From Octopus vulgaris (lineage: Eukaryota), in the NCBI GenBank assembly GCA_951406725.2, contig OX597814.1, forward strand, positions 120,528,001 to 120,592,000: a stretch of DNA of 64,000 bases. The letters run 5' to 3'. Within the stretch, counting starts at the first letter, position 1. The number at the start of each line of letters is the position of its first letter. Under the pieces are notes generated by a model. It did no database searches. It worked only from the letters and a program-made list of their open reading frames with translations, and was not told where the DNA came from. Below are positions 13,525 to 25,725 of the stretch, piece by piece. The position numbers and the translations under genes are program-made.

Positions 13525-15370
13525 TAAAAGGTATGCGTATCTTTTCAATGTGTACAATTAACACGAAAAAAATAAATATTTACCAAGGTAGCAAAAAATT
13601 CACATAAGTACCAAGGACGTTACCGCCAACTTATCCAGGATTTAGTGCAATGTTTTTGTATAACAGATAAATAAAGAAATGGAGGCAAACGCAGTTGTTA
13701 TCCAAATCTTTATACTTCCAACATATGTTTCGAAGAAAATGTTGGTATTATTGATATACAACAATGCGACCTGCTCATCAGGTAAAAAAAAAATAAGGGT
13801 TAGGTAGATTTAACGTGAAATGCAATTTAGAGAAAGTGGCCGGGGAGAAGCAAATTAGCAGAAAACCAAGAGTAGCGAAATGTAGTGCGATAAATGAATG
13901 GGAATAAAGCTTAAAGCCGTGGACATAGATATATGTAGTAAATTGGAAATGTAAGTATACAGTTAAAGGTCGAATTTTATAGATTGGTAGAAATTACTTA
14001 TAGGAAATAAAGGTATGTTTTTACTAGTGCTTGCAACGATAAACACGTTCTTTAAAGGTGTTTACAAGAGAATTCTGTGCGAACAGGATTAGATATAGTT
14101 CTTCGTTACAGAGTGGACACGAAGATTTACATTTATCATATGGAAAGAACCTAGATAGAATATTCCATTCCAAATCAAGTTGTTTATGTTCCTTCAGAGT
14201 CTAAATGTAGAGTAATGGTTAGATATACTTTGGTACAACTGAGATGAAGAACTACCTATGTAAAAACAAGACGTCAGACGTCAGAACCGGAAGTAATTTT
14301 ACATTGATAAACAGAGTTCCTAGTCTTAGAATTACTGCTAAGGAAACAAATGTGATTTGAATTCATATCAGAAGTACTAATATTATTGTTATTATTGTTC
14401 GAAGAAAGGTCGGTGTTGATAAAATCAATGTTATATTCATTAAGTGGATTTGTATTTAGGAATTTATTTTTTTGTGAAGAGACCATTTGTGAAAGGGTTT
14501 TGATGTTTGAAAACCCTATTCTGATTCGATGTGAATTGATAATCGAATGGTTTCTTGAATTTTGTGGGGAAATTCCTATCTATAGCTTCTCGAAACTGGT
14601 AAGGGAATCTGGATTGGATCTTTTCACCATATCGAATTATGAACCAAACAGTTTTACTAGGACATACCTTGTTATTAGTGTAATTATCTTTAAAAGTCGT
14701 AGATGTACTTTTATAACAAAAACAGTGTTTTAAAGAACGGTTATCTCCCTTATGCTGCAAAATGATATTTCTCGATGTGGTGCTGTTATTCGAACTAAAA
14801 TTCATGTTGTTATTACCATTATACGGTGGTTTCATGGCCTGATTAATAGAGCTAGAATTCATGTCAATAGGGTTAATATACGAAATGTCTTCTTTATAGC
14901 CTGCTTTGAGTAAAGCAGAGTTATAAAATTCGACTTTTTCGTTGAAGATATCACCATTGGCATATAAACTGGCAAGTCTAAGTGAAATATTTCTAATTAA
15001 ATTCCTTGTAATAGCATTTATTCCCATTCATCTATCACACTACATTTCTCAACACTTAGTTTTGTGCTAATTTCTTTCTTTCTTTCTTTCTCCTTCTCTT
15101 CCTTTGAATTGCATTCCACGTTAACTCTATAACTTTTTTCTTTTTAAAATAACTTGCCAGCGTTCCCTTCATCTTATACGCAGTCATCACATTCGGTTAA
15201 AATGTCTTATTTATGTGTTTTGTTTCTCTTTTCTCTCTAATTACAAGGTTGCATTGTTTTACATCATTTTATTCCCTCTAGAATAATACCAATGTTTTCT
15301 TCGAAGCATGTGTCGTAAGTATTAAGATTTGAATAAAAACTGCGTTTAACTCTATTTCTTTATCCATCCA
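13525..15370 (-). mobile_element. Naiad-like Penelope element, 5'-truncated, with inverted terminal-repeat copy
   Basis: Broken ORF about 15018-14010 is homologous to 50547-52187 (NISLRL..L.AN.D.F..K.EFYN.AL.K.GY; VYQCKI..G.DV..FYIG; CPLCNEE...RCKH). 15016-15370 is an inverted, diverged copy of 13660-13910. Confidence 0.85.
13715..13785 (-). ncRNA. Type I hammerhead ribozyme in PLE 3' repeat (partly decayed)
   Basis: Minus strand reads TTAC CTGATGA [43-nt stem II] GAAA CATATG TT GGAA; palindromic ACATATGT as in the HHR at 52757-52836. Confidence 0.7.
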
Positions 15371-16237
15371 TATACATATGTATATATATTTCTTCTTCTA
15401 CTGCAAAGATATATTCTCTTCTTATAAGGATGAAATCATCCCAGTTACACTGGTTTAATACCCTATATCTCTGATAAATATCACATCGATATATTATAAG
15501 TGTAGAATATGTTAAACAAGAAGAACATGGAGAGTATATAAATATCAGTTAAATTATTAAAAATACATTCAGGTGTAAATAATATTAAAATTTATGTAGT
15601 GCCATATCTAGAAGGTATATTATATTTGATGTAATCACACATATTTGGAATCAATCCTGTTAAAAAAACCAAAGATGAATATAAGTTAAATGTGGGATCA
15701 ACATCCGTTTTGAATATTAAATTTAACCATGGGTACTGTACTGGCAAGTTCCAAAACATTGTATAGAAAATTATTAAAATAATGGATATATATCTAATAC
15801 ATTGAAATAAATTTTGTAACATCTCAAAACGTGGCAGGTATGTTGGATTGAATAACGCCTTCGCTTTAATGTCATGAAATGGTGTGTTCAATATCAATGA
15901 TTGATATTTAGATCTCTGTCTTTTTCTACAACTTGTTATCAACCCAAAATTTAGAGGGTAATTGTGTAAGCGGAAAAAAATCCTCTGATGGATTGGACCT
16001 GATTTGTAAATTATATTCTTGTCAGTTATATCATCACACTGAATTGGACTCATAAGTACATGAATTAATCATGTGTCCATGCAATATTTAACTGTTTATG
16101 CGTTAATTACAGCTTTCAAATCGCGAGAACGCTTTCAGCAGTGCGATTTCGTTTGACTTTCGGAAGACTCGAATGTGAGCGGCAATAACATTATATGTTT
16201 ACAACTGGCTAATCAACAGAAACTTTGTTATTTTCAG

Positions 16238-18650
16238 ATGTAGACACATAATCATATTACTCTTCACTTTGGCGCCTCACAGGAGAATAACCAAACGAAA
16301 TCACGACCGCTATAATGTATGTACTTCCATATCAACAGAAATATATCAAATGCGTAGCAATAGGAGAAAATTAATATTAAAAACTGGACTAAAACGTTCA
16401 CAATTTGATGCTGCTTTCTTCAATTTGCTGTCTAAGGTGATCTCATGACTGAAGTGTATCTTTTGTCCACACTACGTTTGAATGAATATCTGATGCAAAT
16501 AGTATATATATTTAAATCTCAGATTTATGTATGCACACATTTCTTGTTCAAGCACTTATATAGAAACTATTGAGATATTTATCAAAACTTAAGAATTACA
16601 TTGTTATCATTTTCTGTTTAACTCGTTTAGAAGCATTCCCATAGAACATTTAGGAGACCTGTTGTTGATCACTGATTTCCAGCATTAATATGAACGGCAT
16701 AACGAATGCTACCCACGCAGCAGATCATCGTATTTTTCCTTCTCAGTTCTGACATGAAGCAGGAAACGAATTCTAGCTAAGGATAGCCGACCTGGAAGAA
16801 TAATGATGGAAGTCGTTATAGTTTAATGTCATTCTTTCGCACTATGAAAATCAACTGTATTATTTACTCTGTAAATTGCAGTGCGGTAGATTTTTTTTTA
16901 TGATACATAAGCGGCGAAACATGTTAAGTAAATATCTCACTTTTATATGAATATAAAAGATATAAAATAGGATATGCGAAACTAGAAAGACAATTTGCTA
17001 TAAGTTCTTTTAATGCAGGTGGAGGCGCAATGGCCCAGTGCTTAGGGCAGCAGACTCGCGGTCGGAGGATCGCAGTTTCTATTCCCAGACCGGGTGTTGT
17101 GTGTGTTTATTGAGCAAAAACACCTAAAAGCTCTGCGTGGCTCCGAAAGGGAGTGGTGGCGACCCCTGTTGTACTCTTTCGCCACAACATTTTCTCACTC
17201 TCTCTTCCTGTTTCTTGAGTAGCGCTGCGAGAGACTAGCGTCCCGTCCAGCTTGTGTGGGCGGGGACATACGCCACAGAAACCGGAAAATCGGGCCCATG
17301 AGCCTGGCTAGGCTTGAAAAGGGCGATGTTTTATCTCTTAATGCAGTTCCATATATTCTGCTGGTTTACAACCACTACAGAGATTATTATTATTACAGAA
17401 GTAGGTGTTGAAGAAAATGTATGCGTTAGTAAAACGAGGGTCTGACTGACTTTAAACGAAAGGAATTACTCACTTCATACATCAAGTAAATAATACGAAA
17501 AATTTGCTACAATGTTTGAATAGTTTGTAGATAACTAGATAGTTTTGTTCTGAATGCAATTTAGAATATTTGTCTGCAGCAGCTGTGCATTTTATATAAT
17601 TTAGAAATTCTCTAGTAACGGGTGCATTTGTCATCAACAGATATTTTAAAATTATCTGATGCGTTTATGAAAAGTATGCTTAATCAGAGTAAAAAAAAGT
17701 AATATTGAAATGACAGAAAATATGTTCTGCCATTAATACTGAAAACATGGAGAGCTTTTATCATCATAAGTAGTCAAAATGATACAAAGATGTGCCGGCA
17801 AGCTCACTCGCACCGTGTAATATTTCTTCCGGCACTTTACGTTCTGCCTTCAGATCCTGCAGAGGCCGAATATGTCTTTAATCTCTTTGTGTATGACAAG
17901 ATAATGTCAAATGTTCGTGTCGATGATTTCGACTGACTCTTCGATTATATTTGGCAGGAAGGCGATGTCAGATTAACGAGCTCGAGTTGAGAAATAGATT
18001 CTGAGCGCAAACGTCGCACGAAGAAATATCCTCGCCTATACCATGTAATAAGTTAAAGAATTTTAGAGTGTAGACATCTCAAATAGCAGGCCATTAATAA
18101 TTTTGGTTATAAATATGCGGTAAATGTCAATGCTCCTGACCCAAATATGTAGACCGAGACGAATTTTTAAGACGTGACTGCTATGCGTAACTTCAGTCTC
18201 AGTATGATGTTGTTACCATGTGGACTTTCATCGTTGCTCTAATAATGATTTCACATTCATAAATAATAAATATCAACGGAGAAATTCTTCTCGCACGAAA
18301 CGACATATTTAGAGCTTCTGCAAAACATATCCTTAATTCGGTAACTCAGAGTTGCAGTTCTCCAAATGTCTACGCAGACAAGCTACATGTTGATTTGACA
18401 CGTTTATGTGTTTAACCTGAATATATAATAGTTAACGGAAGCTGTGCACTAGACGGATTTCTGATCGAGCTTCAGTGCGAGAATAATTCAGCAATGATAG
18501 CGATGGTAAAACAAACTACAGTTATGAAGCCAACTTGTGTATTTAGCAAAAGACACAGACGAAAGAAAGAAGGTATGTCTAAAATATTCTGAATGCTGAA
18601 CCAGCCAAATTATGAAACCCCTTGAGAAATACATATGAAGGATTAATTCA
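16238..18650 (+). pseudogene. Heavily degraded paramyosin/myosin-rod-like pseudogene
   Basis: Collinear frameshifted peptides: NQTKSR, LKRS, NLLSKVIS, SDANS..KSQI, DMK..RIADLEE, EENxMR..LNERN, INELEL/EIDSERKRR, VNVNA(L)T..DVTAMR, ADKLHVDLTRL. Their order matches the paramyosin rod as recalled. Polypyrimidine-AG acceptors end at 16237 and 16746. Confidence 0.45.
17019..17337 (+). mobile_element. SINE family C (tRNA-derived head, RTE-type tail), full length
   Basis: A-box TGGCCCAGTG, degenerate B-box, tail gactagcgtcccgtccag...agaaaccgg; TSD TTAATGCAG at 17010-17018 and 17338-17346. Homologous to 42062-42338. Confidence 0.85.
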
Positions 18651-20131
18651 AAAACTTAAATTTTTCATCACTCACTGCGCGATGTATCGAATTGAACTGC
18701 CCACCATTGTACAGCAGTTATGGATATTTGTGCTATATTGTAGACGGTAACATAAAATATCACTTACAGAATATTCATTGCTTGATAATCAAGTCAGGAA
18801 CACTATTGCTACAACATCAAAATCAATATTCAAAACAGTGAATGCTTGTCAAAATAATAACCTGTATTTTCCACAATGCACGCGAAAAGAACTAATGCAA
18901 AACACAGATATAAGAACCAAATATCGAGGGCCCAATAGCCCTATATTTGCTGCAGGTATTTCCCTTATGGTGAGAGCAGTAGATCTAGCGTTGGAAGCTT
19001 CGGTGATGACTGATGCATCGCTTCCTCTTTATGCACAGTCTTCGGGCGATATTTCGCAACAAATGTAATACTTAGGTTTTATATTCTCCACGACCGGCAA
19101 CATCTTGCTAGCTCAATCCGAAATAGAAGACTGAATATCATTGCGCTCTCTTGAGTAAACCATCGCTGGAACTCCATTAATGTGTTTATTCTAAATTGTT
19201 GCCGGGTGAGCCATATATACTCATAACCTCGCCGCGCTACTCAAACATAGCCATTAATCTGGCCTTGTCCCTGAGACATGTTTAAACCTATAGGGCGCAG
19301 TAAATAAATCGTAATTATATATTTCATTCTACATGCTTGTATTCAGTCCTCTTTAGAACACATGACTTAATAATTTGATTAAATATCGGTGATAGTAAAT
19401 ATCACTCAAGCATACACATATATACATATATAAACACATATAGACGCGCATACACACATTCATGTATTCGTGTGCGCGTGTGTGATTGTTTTGTATATGT
19501 TTGTATGGAGAGCGAGAGGATAATTTTATGTACGTTAACATTCCTATATATATTTCTTGTACTATTATTATTTCATGAAGGCATGTGATCTTTATCGCTT
19601 GTGCATTAATTCATACACATATAATGCAATATCTTTCCACTTATTCTTTTGTATATCTCAAACAAATATATATAATTTATATATCTGCGTTCCCTTCTCA
19701 TAGTTGTGCCTAAAAAAGTATTTGTCCCTCTTGTTATTATTTGTATTTAATATCTAATATTTTATTGCATCTTAAAAGGATGAAACTGCAAACAAAATTT
19801 ATAATTTCAGTTAATATTGGAAATCGAACGTTAGTTTGCCAATACTCCGTTAGTTTAATGTTCATAGCTTGAACATTTCATTTTTCATGTCCTAAATCCC
19901 TCTTTGATTTAGCATACAATTGCATATTATATCTCGTATTTAACTCAGCATTCATTCTATATGATTTATTCACACATTTCCTGTTGAAGCACGCACACAC
20001 AGACACACACTCAGTAACACTCGACCACGCATTCATGCCAACAACATTTCATCTATGTATCTACCTATCACTCTCCCCCTCTCTCTCCCTCTTTCTATAT
20101 ATGTACGTGTGTTAATATATATATATGTATA

Positions 20132-20185
<54 letters not shown>

Positions 20186-23047
20186 TGTGTGTTCGTGCAT
20201 GTGTGTATGTGTGTGTAATATTATATACAACAGATTGCAATTGTTGATTTCTAGATATTGTTGCGCATTATAGTAGAACAAGACAAAGAGACATTGTGCC
20301 TTTATTGTCGTATGAATTAGAATGGATATTTTAAGCAACAGATATGCTGCCAATATATAGTTTTGTATAAGATCTACGATTTCCTTTCCTTCCGAATAAT
20401 TCCTTCATTCCTAAGGTAGAAAGTAAAAATATCATTGTTATTATCATTTATAGAAACATTGAATTCTGTGGTTTATGGAAAATCTGCTTTTTTTCCAAAT
20501 TTTTCTAGCATGCTATATTTTCGTGCATTTTACCTGTGTAGCAATTACACCAATTTGGAACATACTTCTGTATTTGTGCATAAGCGTACGGGTGTGTAAT
20601 CAATCCTACCACTTTTGGATTTACGTTTATTACAGAGAAACATAATGCTCATGCCTTTGCCCTGATGTGTGACTTATGAGAACATTTGTGTTACTTTTGT
20701 AATGATATACAAAGAATATTATAGAATTTCAATTTCAAATGTAAGGTAATATTTTATGTTAACATGATACGTATAGTATTTAAGTATAACGTTTAAAGAT
20801 ATCTGAGTTTTAACACTTATATCTAGAGAGGTTTGAACGCATGATGTAAAATATTTGGCTTGACTATACAGGATGGAATTTATTATTCCACTTTGAGTTA
20901 TAATGTCCTATTTCCTTAAATTACTATCTCCTTTCTGGATATATGCAGCGCTGTTTTAATATCTTATGGTAATCTATGCCATATGTTTATATTTACGTTA
21001 GATATTACAATTTCGTGAGATTTAGCACAATTATGTTTTTCGAGATGCGAATATTACATATAAATCCCAGTATGTTAATAATGAGTTGAGGCAAATTGAT
21101 ATTTCAAGATGCCATATGTACATATTAACAACTATATACCAAAGCCGACCACAAAGACAAAACTACAGTTAAACAAATGGAAATTCATATATTCTCATAA
21201 TTCATATTCAATATAGCTTATCGACACAGCAGGGACTCCAAAAGAAGAAATATACTAACTATTCTGAATTCGGCATGGTTATCTTTGGAAGACAGCCTAC
21301 ATACTGTAGAAAGAATTCTGTGTGTCTCACAAAAGCAGATCTTTATTTGTCATGGCATACGTTTCTCATTATTATATCTATTTTGACAAAACAATGTAGA
21401 CCAATCAAACGTGATATGATTGACTGTAGCAGAACCATCCCTGATATATTTCCATTATTGTCATGTAATAAACAGATTTCTTACTATCCAGAGTAAACGA
21501 AACATGATACAATGTGTAAGCGAACTATTTATTCCAAATTAGTAAATAGCGTTACAAGCTGCAGTAAAAGTCACCATAATTCGATAAAACTACGATTTTG
21601 TAAGTTAATTCCGACCAAATATTCATGAAATAAATATAATTATATTTCGAAATATCGGCTTGGAAACTATTCTGTGAACAATTTCAATCCATAAAATAGA
21701 TTAAGGTTTCATAGTGTATCATCAATAATGAATGTAAGTAGGCGGTTCGTTTATTAAAATTCAGAATACTCGTTCAAAATGAAATCTATCGAAATAGAAA
21801 GCTGCTGCAAATAGAGTACGCTGAATCCTGGAATACTGATACCTATTCATAAGTGAGATGATAAAGTATGTATATGTCGGTATTGTTGAATTGTATGTTC
21901 CCTTCATATTCTATATTTGTTGATGACATTATTTAAAATTTCAAACCTATAATTTCTTCTATATCTAATATATTTGAAGAAACCTACAGTAGGTCATTCC
22001 CTGATATTTGTATTTTGCAGAGCTATTGTTGTTTACTGTTTAACCACACTTAATAGTACTTATGATTAAATGTATATCAGGTGAGACTATCACGTTTCTT
22101 TGAAACATGTTGTACTTGAACTAAAGTATACGATTGTATTTTTATGAGACAATACTGTGTAATTTAAGGGCCATTTAGCTGTATTGTCAAGTAGGTAAAA
22201 TGGAAACATCCTTCAGAATTTATGTAAAATAGAATAAGCAATGCGTTTCTCCCATATAATTACGAATGTATATACATAGGTATGCATTAGACATTGCAAA
22301 ATACGGTTTACTATGTTAATTTACATAGAGTTAGTTATACATATATCATAAATTGCAGTACGTGTCCGTTTATTCAAATTAGTTTTCATCTCTATTTACA
22401 AGTACAGCGTTTCAAGCAGTTATTAAGCGTATACATTAGCAAAGTAATCACAGGTTTGCATGCTTGAATATCTAAATAGCGATGCCATCTCTTAAACTAA
22501 TATAATATATTTTAATATATATGTTTCATGTTGCTTTTTAAGTATTATGTTTGTTCTCATAACGTCAATATCTAACGGATAAGCATTTAAATTATATTCG
22601 AAATACATGCTATGTCCTCATACTTTAATAGATTTGCATAATATCTGCATCTTTATGGCATCATTCTAATTCCGTTGTTATTACTGTGAGTCTTTGTTTC
22701 CTACTTAGTTTTAAACTCATCAAAAAGTTCGAGTTTATTCCTATATTAATTATATATTTAATTACTCTTGCTTCACCGTCAGATTTTCCATACATGCTAT
22801 GAGTTCACTGTTTCTATGGCATACTTACACCACTCACTGAACAGTATACACGCTAAATCGCTTGAAGTCAAATTGTTCATTTTGTTTCTGATAACGTTTT
22901 GTTTTTGTTTCTTTCACAGTAACAATGTAGCATAAATGAAATTGTAATACACATTTTCTTGATATAGTAATATAACTGAAGCATGAAAATATGAAATTTA
23001 TCATTAATAGAGGGCTACCATTCCGAGAGAGAACAAAAATTACTAAC

Positions 23048-23099
<52 letters not shown>

Positions 23100-23193
23100 A
23101 TGAGTAGTACTTATTTTATCGGTCTGTTTTGCTGAACCACTACGGTACTGGACGTAAACATACCAGCATCAGCTGTCAAGCTGATCGGTAACG

Positions 23194-23235
<42 letters not shown>

Positions 23236-23421
23236 TTTTTTGTATATATCCATTTATGTACGTAATACAATTTTCTGACTTCAGAATATTTCAATATGCT
23301 AGGCCACTGGTTCAGATTAATATAAATTTTATAAATACCAATTTTTACTCTTATTATTTAAATTTATATATACATATATACATACATAGATACATACACA
23401 CACACACAAACACACACATAC

Positions 23422-23493
<72 letters not shown>

Positions 23494-23551
23494 ATAAAAC
23501 GGTAAGATAACAAAAGAAAGAAAGAGACCTCAATATTATGTAAATGCAAAG

Positions 23552-24781
23552 TGGGTAAAAAACACCGACACGGAGGGCGCTTTCGATGTGAGCATGGGTT
23601 CATATGATGGGGCAGGCATCTGTGATCTAATTGGACTCTTTCTCCTAGATACCTTCGGTAAGACATTCCCTAACGTACATTTCGCCATCTACAAAGATGA
23701 TGCCCTCGCCTTAACAGCTAATACAAATGGACCAACACAAGATCGTTTTAGGAAGGATATTATCCAGTTAATGAAACACTTCGGACTTAGTATAACTATA
23801 GACACTAACCTGACGGTTGTCAATTTCTTAGACGTTTCTTTAGATCTTAATAATAATATTTATAAGCCTTATAGGAAGCCCAATGATAGACTAAGTTATA
23901 TTAATGTAGGTTCATGCCATCCCCCTATAGTATTCAAAAATTTAGTTAAAAATATTAGTAAGAGGATTTCTAGCCTCTCATCTAATGAGGACATCTTCAA
24001 TAGCGTTGCCCCAGTTTATAATAAAGCTTTAAAAGATAGTGGTTTTAGCGAAAAAATAAAATATACACCTATCACCAGCCCAACAATAAGGAAAAGGAAT
24101 AATAGAAATAGGAAGGTCATCTGGTTTACGCCCCCTTACTCACCCGAGGTGGCCTTCAATATAGGTAAATATTTCCTAGCACTGATAGATAGACATTTTC
24201 CAGTTAACCATGCTTATAGGAAACTCTTCAATAGACACAATTTAAAAATTAGTTTTAGTTCAACTACCAATTTTAAAAACATAATCAATCATAACATACA
24301 AAAAACACAAGAAGAAAACAGCTGTTCATGCAGGAATAAAGAATTGTGCCCGCTAAATGGAGCTTGCATGTCCAAGACCATCATATATGAAGCTACCGTA
24401 AACTCTATAACCACTAAAGACACCGTTTCGACGAAGAAATACGTGGGCCTGACAGAGGGTAATTTCAAGGCCAGGTTCAATAACCACACTTTGAGCTTTA
24501 GGCACTGGAACAAAAGAAAAGCGACACAATTATCCAATCATATTTGGTCTTTAAGAGATAAAGGTGTCGATTATAACATACAATGGAAGATTTTGGCCAG
24601 ATGTAAGCCCTATACTAACGGCAGCGGAAGGTGCGGTTTATGCGACATGGAGAGATGGCTTATCTGGAAGAGCAGCTTAGACCCTACCACATGTCTAAAT
24701 ACAAGGACAGAACTTTTCGGATCATGCCCACATGTGACTAAATTTCTGTTACGTTTTTGGTCCCCTAAAGAAAACGGATAG
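23552..24781 (+). CDS. PLE reverse transcriptase (C-terminal part) plus zinc knuckle plus GIY-YIG endonuclease; open but N-terminally truncated
   Basis: WVK..FDVSMGSYDGA, YKDD catalytic motif, VNFLDV, YKPYRKPN, VIWFTPPYS, CSCRNKELCPLNGAC, IIYEATV...YVGLTEGNFKARFNNH, CGLC...CPH. Confidence 0.9.
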   Translation, partial: WVKNTDTEGAFDVSMGSYDGAGICDLIGLFLLDTFGKTFPNVHFAIYKDDALALTANTNGPTQDRFRKDIIQLMKHFGLSITIDTNLTVVNFLDVSLDLNNNIYKPYRKPNDRLSYINVGSCHPPIVFKNLVKNISKRISSLSSNEDIFNSVAPVYNKALKDSGFSEKIKYTPITSPTIRKRNNRNRKVIWFTPPYSPEVAFNIGKYFLALIDRHFPVNHAYRKLFNRHNLKISFSSTTNFKNIINHNIQKTQEENSCSCRNKELCPLNGACMSKTIIYEATVNSITTKDTVSTKKYVGLTEGNFKARFNNHTLSFRHWNKRKATQLSNHIWSLRDKGVDYNIQWKILARCKPYTNGSGRCGLCDMERWLIWKSSLDPTTCLNTRTELFGSCPHVTKFLLRFWSPKENG

Positions 24782-24967
24782 AACATGCTTTCTGTGTTAT
24801 GTCCCAAGAAGATTTTATATATTTTTATATATTTTTATGTATTTTTATATAATTTTTATGACGAAAAATGCGAGCGATGTATAAGTACGCAGGCAAAGCA
24901 GAGTTATAACAGAGTAATTTCCCTTCATTTTTAACGGTATATTTTTTCATAACGTTTTCAAATAGCC

Positions 24968-25050
24968 AGATAACCGATGAGATGGTGTTGTGGATTTCCA
25001 CTTCGGCATCTGAAACTCAGAGTTTTATCTTGACTACCGAGTAATGTAAC
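24968..25050 (+). ncRNA. Hammerhead-like motif in PLE 3' repeat (variant or decayed)
   Basis: CCGATGA (24974-24980), stem II GATGgtG...CGGCATC, T-GAAA (GAAA at 25012-25015), stem III CTCaG...CCGAG, GTA ending 25043; stem I is poor. Confidence 0.55.
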
Positions 25051-25052
25051 AT

Positions 25053-25090
<38 letters not shown>

Positions 25091-25725
25091 TACAGCGGGC
25101 TTATTTTTGTTGTCGTCTACCAAATCCCCTAACACGATTTTGGTCGGCCCGAGGCTATAATAGAAGACATCTGCACAAGGTGTTACGCAGTGGGACTGAA
25201 CCCAGAAGTGTTTGCTTCGGTATCAAGCTTCTTACCACGCAGATAAGCATGACCCCATTTTTTAAATACACTAAATCACTTTAGAAAAATTATGCTTATC
25301 ATGCACGCTTTTCCATGAAAAAATGCGAGTATGGAAAATAATATTCTTAAGATTATAAATCTGGAAAATTACAGGATATGTTACAAGATATATTATACAG
25401 GAAAAATACAGAACAAGAAAATTTTCACTGAAAATATTACAGCTAAGAATGTAATTTCAAATAAAATATTTAGATTTAGAAAATATTTGCTGTTATTGAA
25501 ACTAAAGACTCTTTAACATGTTATTACTTCCATTTGTTATTACTTGTTACTTCTATTAAATATTATTAAAAAATAACTCAGTTAAAATATATTTTGCACT
25601 TCACAAAATTCTTTTTATTAAAATTATTAATTAATAATTAGAAATTTGGAAATAGGTTATAGAAATAATTGTAGTGAATAATTAGTTAGTAGAATAAATA
25701 GAATAATACAATATTTAGTTATATA

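Larger units (their letters stand above)
23491..25055 (+). mobile_element. Naiad-like Penelope retroelement, 5'-truncated
   Basis: RT/GIY-YIG ORF, 3' UTR with HHR-like motif and a short inverted tail fragment at 23491-23545; flanked by (TA)n on both sides. Confidence 0.9.
23103..25245 (-). mobile_element. SINE family B split by a PLE inserted into its internal microsatellite
   Basis: Tail half at 23103-23200 and tRNA-like head half at 25093-25245, both on the minus strand, enclose the PLE. Confidence 0.7.

Noticed and set aside
16120-16180. TCGCGAGA promoter-like motif and GTGAGC donor-like site
   Set aside because: Single short motifs that could equally be remnants of the adjacent pseudogene coding sequence.
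17019-17090. tRNA-like sequences at SINE heads (also 33680, 34939, 42338, 43579)
   Set aside because: They continue into SINE bodies and lack a full cloverleaf; not tRNA genes.
18778-19300. 96-aa ORF and GC-richer patch downstream of the paramyosin-like relic
   Set aside because: Non-ATG start and no recognisable similarity on either strand.
23552-24960. Selenoprotein/SECIS features, reported for some Naiad elements
   Set aside because: No in-frame TGA at conserved Cys positions in this or the 50.5-kb frame, and no convincing SECIS fold in the 3' UTR.
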